Source: Chiloscyllium plagiosum
Taxonomy: Eukaryota
NCBI RefSeq assembly: GCF_004010195.1
Contig: NC_057719.1
Location: 65,157,866 to 65,221,865 of the forward strand
DNA: 64,000 nucleotides
Direction: 5' to 3'
Shown in pieces: positions 62,885 to 64,000 of this stretch. The position numbers and the translations under genes are program-made. The notes beneath the pieces were generated by a model that saw only the letters and a list, made by a program, of their open reading frames with translations, made no database searches and had not been told where the DNA came from. Numbering within the stretch: the stretch's first letter is position 1; each line of letters starts with the position of its first letter.

Positions 62885-63455
62885 TAGTAGGGAGGTTTTG
62901 CTAAAGCTGTACAAGACACTAATTAGACCATAGCTGGAATATGGAGAGCAGTTTTAACCAAATGTCGAAGGAAAGGTATACTGACATTGGGGGCAGTTCA
63001 GGCTGATATTGGGTAAGGAAAGACTGACTTATGCAGAGAATTGAGTAGGTTAGGAAATTTGGAAGAAAGAGAGGTGACCTTATTGAAACAAAGAGGACTA
63101 ATAGTCTTAGAGGACTTGACTGGGTAGATGTTGGTAAACTTGTTTCCTATTATGGTAGAGTCTAGGACCACAGGACACAATATAGAGTAAGGGGTTGGAT
63201 ATCTATGACTGAGATAAGGAATTTCTTTTCTCAGAAGATTGTGAATCTGTGGAATTCTTTATTACAGAGGGCTGTCAAGATTGGGTTGTTAAGAATATTC
63301 AAGCCTGAGAGAGAGATTTTTAATCATTAAGGGAATTGGGAATTATGAGGAAAGTGGAGTTGAGGACTATTAGAATAGCCATGATCCCACTGAATGGCAG
63401 CACAGATGCAATGAGCTAAATAGTCTACTTATACTCCTACATCTTACCGTCTTAT
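62885..63455 (+). mobile_element. CR1 3' fragment
   Basis: LYKTLIRP.LEY...NFFSQKIVNLWN-type translation. Confidence 0.75.
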
Positions 63456-63469
63456 AGGTATGCAGGCCC

Positions 63470-63805
63470 CTCTGTTGATGGTTAGCACTGTTGCCTCAGA
63501 GCACTAGGGACTGGGTTCAATTCCAGCCTCGGGTGACTGTCTATGTGGAGTTTACACATTCTCCTCTTGCCTGCGTGGGTTTCCTCCGGGTGCCCTGGTT
63601 TCCTCCCACAATCTATGTTTAGGTTAGGTGAATTAGCCATGCTAAATTGCCAGTAATGTTCAGGGATATATAAGTTACGTGGATTAGTTAGGGGTAAATG
63701 CAGAGTAATAGGGTTGGAGAATGAGTCTGGGTGGGTCACTCTTTGGAGTGTCGGTGTGGACTTGTTGGGCCAAATGGCCTGTTTTCACACTGTAGGGATT
63801 CTAAG
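63470..63805 (+). mobile_element. HE1-type V-SINE
   Basis: ggttagcactg...gggttcaattcc head, V-domain and ttgggccaaatggcctgttt tail. Confidence 0.85.
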
Positions 63806-64000
63806 TTCTAAGATGCTTCCTCTTTGGAACTGCATCCTTTATTTCTATTCCTTACCATGTTCCTCCTATCAAAATGTATCACCTCACACATCTTTTCATT
63901 GACCTGTATTGATCTCCATATGTGTCATCAGGTTCCTGCTGCCTGTGAAATACTTGATACAGACACTTCAACAAGCTTGTTAGTCATTAGGTGCTGTTGC

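Noticed and set aside
1..64000. Short ORFs in the six-frame track as host genes
   Set aside because: The DNA is eukaryotic and repeat-rich. The ORFs are transposon fragments, antisense shadows of them or chance frames, and none resembles a cellular protein I recognise.

Overview
This is vertebrate nuclear DNA, almost certainly from a cartilaginous fish (shark). The evidence is its HE1-type V-SINEs, HER1/CR1 LINEs and abundant Penelope-like elements. The window is non-coding, repeat-rich intronic or intergenic sequence with one assembly gap (4686-4913). I can support no intact host protein-coding gene: every recognisable ORF is a transposon relic (CR1 endonuclease/RT, L2 RT, Penelope RT/GIY-YIG, Harbinger Myb/SANT). 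Two candidate spliced exons lie on the + strand (19019-19105 and 28603-28753), probably 5'-UTR exons of an unidentified long-intron gene. The most striking signal is about 19 copies, in four distinct sequence families, of an ultra-minimal type I hammerhead ribozyme motif (CUGAnGA-N-stem II-GAAA-NN-UH). Stems I and II co-vary between families, and a self-complementary ACGU/AGCU replaces stem III. The motif sits in Penelope-like terminal repeats that have spread as short fold-back insertions with 11-17 bp target-site duplications; one of these brackets about 1 kb of unrelated DNA. Several templated-insertion, fold-back and tandem-duplication scars are also visible. All family names come from pattern recognition, not database searches, and boundaries of old repeats are approximate.
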